Positions 62,311 to 64,000 of a DNA stretch of 64,000 bases are shown here, piece after piece; within the stretch, counting starts at the first letter, position 1, and every line of letters starts with the position of its first letter. The stretch lies in NCBI RefSeq assembly GCF_054482595.1, contig NZ_CM137008.1; one strand, 5' to 3'. The notes beneath the pieces are model-generated. The model worked only from the letters and a program-made list of their open reading frames with translations. It was not told where the DNA came from and made no database searches. Made by a program: the position numbers and the translations under genes.

Positions 62311-62426
62311 AACAACATCCTTTTAATGGTTTTGAACAATTGGTGTTGATAATACTTCAAAAAATACTAATGCGTACGCAAAAAATACAGTACTCTGTTA
62401 AGAGTGGTTACTTCGCCACACAGCTT

Positions 62427-62456
62427 AAACCCGCCGTTGAGCGGGTTTTGTCGTTT
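62427..62456 (+). terminator. tR'-like Rho-independent terminator upstream of lysis genes
   Basis: AACCCGC-CGTTGA-GCGGGTT hairpin followed by TTGTCGTTT. Confidence 0.6.
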
Positions 62457-62600
62457 CTGGGGCTGGGGATTCGTTGGTCCTGGTCTATTCCGCAGTTATC
62501 CATTGGTTCGGCTTCTTTGACGTTTCCGCTTCTAATTTGCTGTACATGATGTTCCCTCAATTTGCACCTGCTGTATCAGCGAGGTGAGAGATAACTACAA

Positions 62601-62927
62601 ATGCCTCATAACCCAAATACCTGGCTGGAGTTGGTCCAGAGCTGGTGGCGTGGAGACACACCACTGGGCGCAGTGATTATGTCGATCGTTATGGCTGGCT
62701 TGCGCATTGCCTATTTTGGCGGTGGTGGTGGCTGGAAGCGAAAAACGCTTGAGATTTTACTCTGTGGCGCTCTGACGCTGACATTTGCATCCGCGCTTGA
62801 GTATGTCGGATGGCCTAAATCACTATCTGTTGCCATTGGTGGTGGGGTGGGGCTGATCGGTGTCGATGCTATTCGTGGGGCTGCAATGCGAGTAATCGGT
62901 AACAAGTTTGGTGGCTCTAAGGAGTAA
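62601..62927 (+). CDS. Holin (class I, S-like)
   Basis: 108 aa, three hydrophobic segments, Gly-rich, immediately upstream of endolysin. Confidence 0.8.
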   Translation: MPHNPNTWLELVQSWWRGDTPLGAVIMSIVMAGLRIAYFGGGGGWKRKTLEILLCGALTLTFASALEYVGWPKSLSVAIGGGVGLIGVDAIRGAAMRVIGNKFGGSKE

Positions 62928-62930
62928 TTT

Positions 62931-63407
62931 ATGCAGGTACTAAATTCCCAGCGTAAAGCTTTTCTCGATATGTTGGCGTGGTCAGAAGGAACGGATAACG
63001 GGCGACAGCCAACCCGCAATCACGGCTACGACGTTATTGTAGGTGGTGAGCTATTCACGGATTACTCCGATCATCCTCGCAAACTTGTCACGCTAAACCC
63101 GCAACTTAAATCAACCGCAGCTGGACGTTACCAGCTTCTTTCCCGTTGGTGGGATGCCTACCGCAAGCAGCTTGGCCTGAAAGACTTCTCTCCGAAAAAC
63201 CAGGACGCTGTTGCACTGCAGCAGATTAAGGAGCGTGGCGCTTTACCGATGATTGATCGCGGTGATATCCGTCAGGCTATCGACCGTTGCAGCAATATCT
63301 GGGCTTCACTGCCGGGCGCTGGTTATGGCCAGTTCGAGCATAAGGCTGACAGCCTGATTGCAAAATTCAAAGAAGCAGGCGGAACGGTCAGAGAGATTGA
63401 GGTATGA
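62931..63407 (+). CDS. R: Endolysin R (lambda-type lytic transglycosylase)
   Basis: 158 aa near-identical to lambda R as recalled ([48 protein letters not shown]...). Confidence 0.95.
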   Translation: MQVLNSQRKAFLDMLAWSEGTDNGRQPTRNHGYDVIVGGELFTDYSDHPRKLVTLNPQLKSTAAGRYQLLSRWWDAYRKQLGLKDFSPKNQDAVALQQIKERGALPMIDRGDIRQAIDRCSNIWASLPGAGYGQFEHKADSLIAKFKEAGGTVREIEV

Positions 63408-63865
63408 GCAGATTAACCGCGATTATCTCCGCTCTGCTCATCTGCATCATCGTCTGCATGTCATTGGCTGTTAATCATTATCGTGATAACGCCATTACCT
63501 ACAAAGCCCAGCGCGACAAAAATGCCAGAGAACTGAAGCTGGCGAACGCGGCAATTACTGACATGCAGGTGCGCCAACGTGATGTCGCTGCGCTCGATGC
63601 AAAATACACGAAGGAGTTAGCTGATGCGAAAGCTGAAAATGATGCTCTGCGTGATGATGTTGCCGCTGGTCGTCGTCGGTTGCACATCAAAGCAGTCTGT
63701 CAGTCAGTGCGTGAAGCCACCACCGCCTCCGGCATGGATAATGCAGCCTCCCCCCGACTGGCAGACACCGCTGAACGGGATTATTTCACTCTCAGAGAGA
63801 GGCTGATCACTATGCAAAAACAACTGGAAGGAACCCAGAAGTATATTAATGAGCAGTGCAGATAG
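63404..63865 (+). CDS. Rz: i-spanin Rz
   Basis: 153 aa near-identical to lambda Rz; N-terminal TM. Confidence 0.95.
   Translation: MSRLTAIISALLICIIVCMSLAVNHYRDNAITYKAQRDKNARELKLANAAITDMQVRQRDVAALDAKYTKELADAKAENDALRDDVAAGRRRLHIKAVCQSVREATTASGMDNAASPRLADTAERDYFTLRERLITMQKQLEGTQKYINEQCR
63624..63806 (+). CDS. Rz1: o-spanin Rz1 (embedded in Rz, +1 frame)
   Basis: 60 aa lipoprotein [22 protein letters not shown]... with PPPPP tract, nested in Rz. Confidence 0.9.
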   Translation: MRKLKMMLCVMMLPLVVVGCTSKQSVSQCVKPPPPPAWIMQPPPDWQTPLNGIISLSERG

Positions 63866-64000
63866 AGCTGCCCATATCGATGGGCAACTCATGCAATTAT
63901 TGTGAGCAATACACCCGCGCTTCCAGCGGAGTATAAATGCCTAAAGTAATAAAACCGAGCAATCCATTTACGAATGTTTGCTGGGTTTCTGTTTTAACAA

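Larger units (their letters stand above)
48237..64000. mobile_element. Lambdoid prophage (partial, continues beyond window) integrated at tRNA-Pro
   Basis: att core, integrase/excisionase, CI/Cro switch, replication, RusA, Q antiterminator, lambda-type lysis cassette in canonical order. Confidence 0.92.

Noticed and set aside
62340-62549. 69-aa plus-strand ORF upstream of the holin
   Set aside because: Spans the tR'-like terminator hairpin and probable pR'/qut region; more likely the non-coding late leader.

Overview
Enterobacterial (E. coli-like) chromosome segment, reverse-oriented relative to the K-12 map as I recall it: yfaL(3' part)-ubiG-gyrA-yfaATSQP-rcsC-rcsB-rcsD-micF/ompC-apbE-ada-alkB-yojI-mqo-eco-napFDAGHBC-ccmABCDEFGH-narP-yejO, followed from about 48.2 kb by a lambdoid prophage integrated at a tRNA-Pro (proL-type) attachment site and running past the window end. 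All gene calls rest on reading the supplied ORF translations against remembered protein families; no database search, alignment or composition calculation was run. Prophage content: an AT-rich 583-aa cargo ORF between att and int, int/xis, a GC-rich ORF-free stretch, a SieB-positioned membrane protein flanked by three proline-rich micro-ORFs, CI/Cro-like immunity switch, replication initiator with iterons, LexA-N-terminal-only protein, RusA, KilA-N, DUF968, Q (QuuD-like), then an antisense two-gene moron, then pR'/tR', holin and lambda-type R/Rz/Rz1. The best candidate for an undescribed system is that antisense two-gene cassette (60108..62310, minus strand): a divergent NdpA/YejK-family (NA37) protein translationally coupled to a 395-aa protein with two C-terminal transmembrane helices. 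Second candidate is the 583-aa ORF next to att/int, which carries an Rx4H (HEPN-like) motif.
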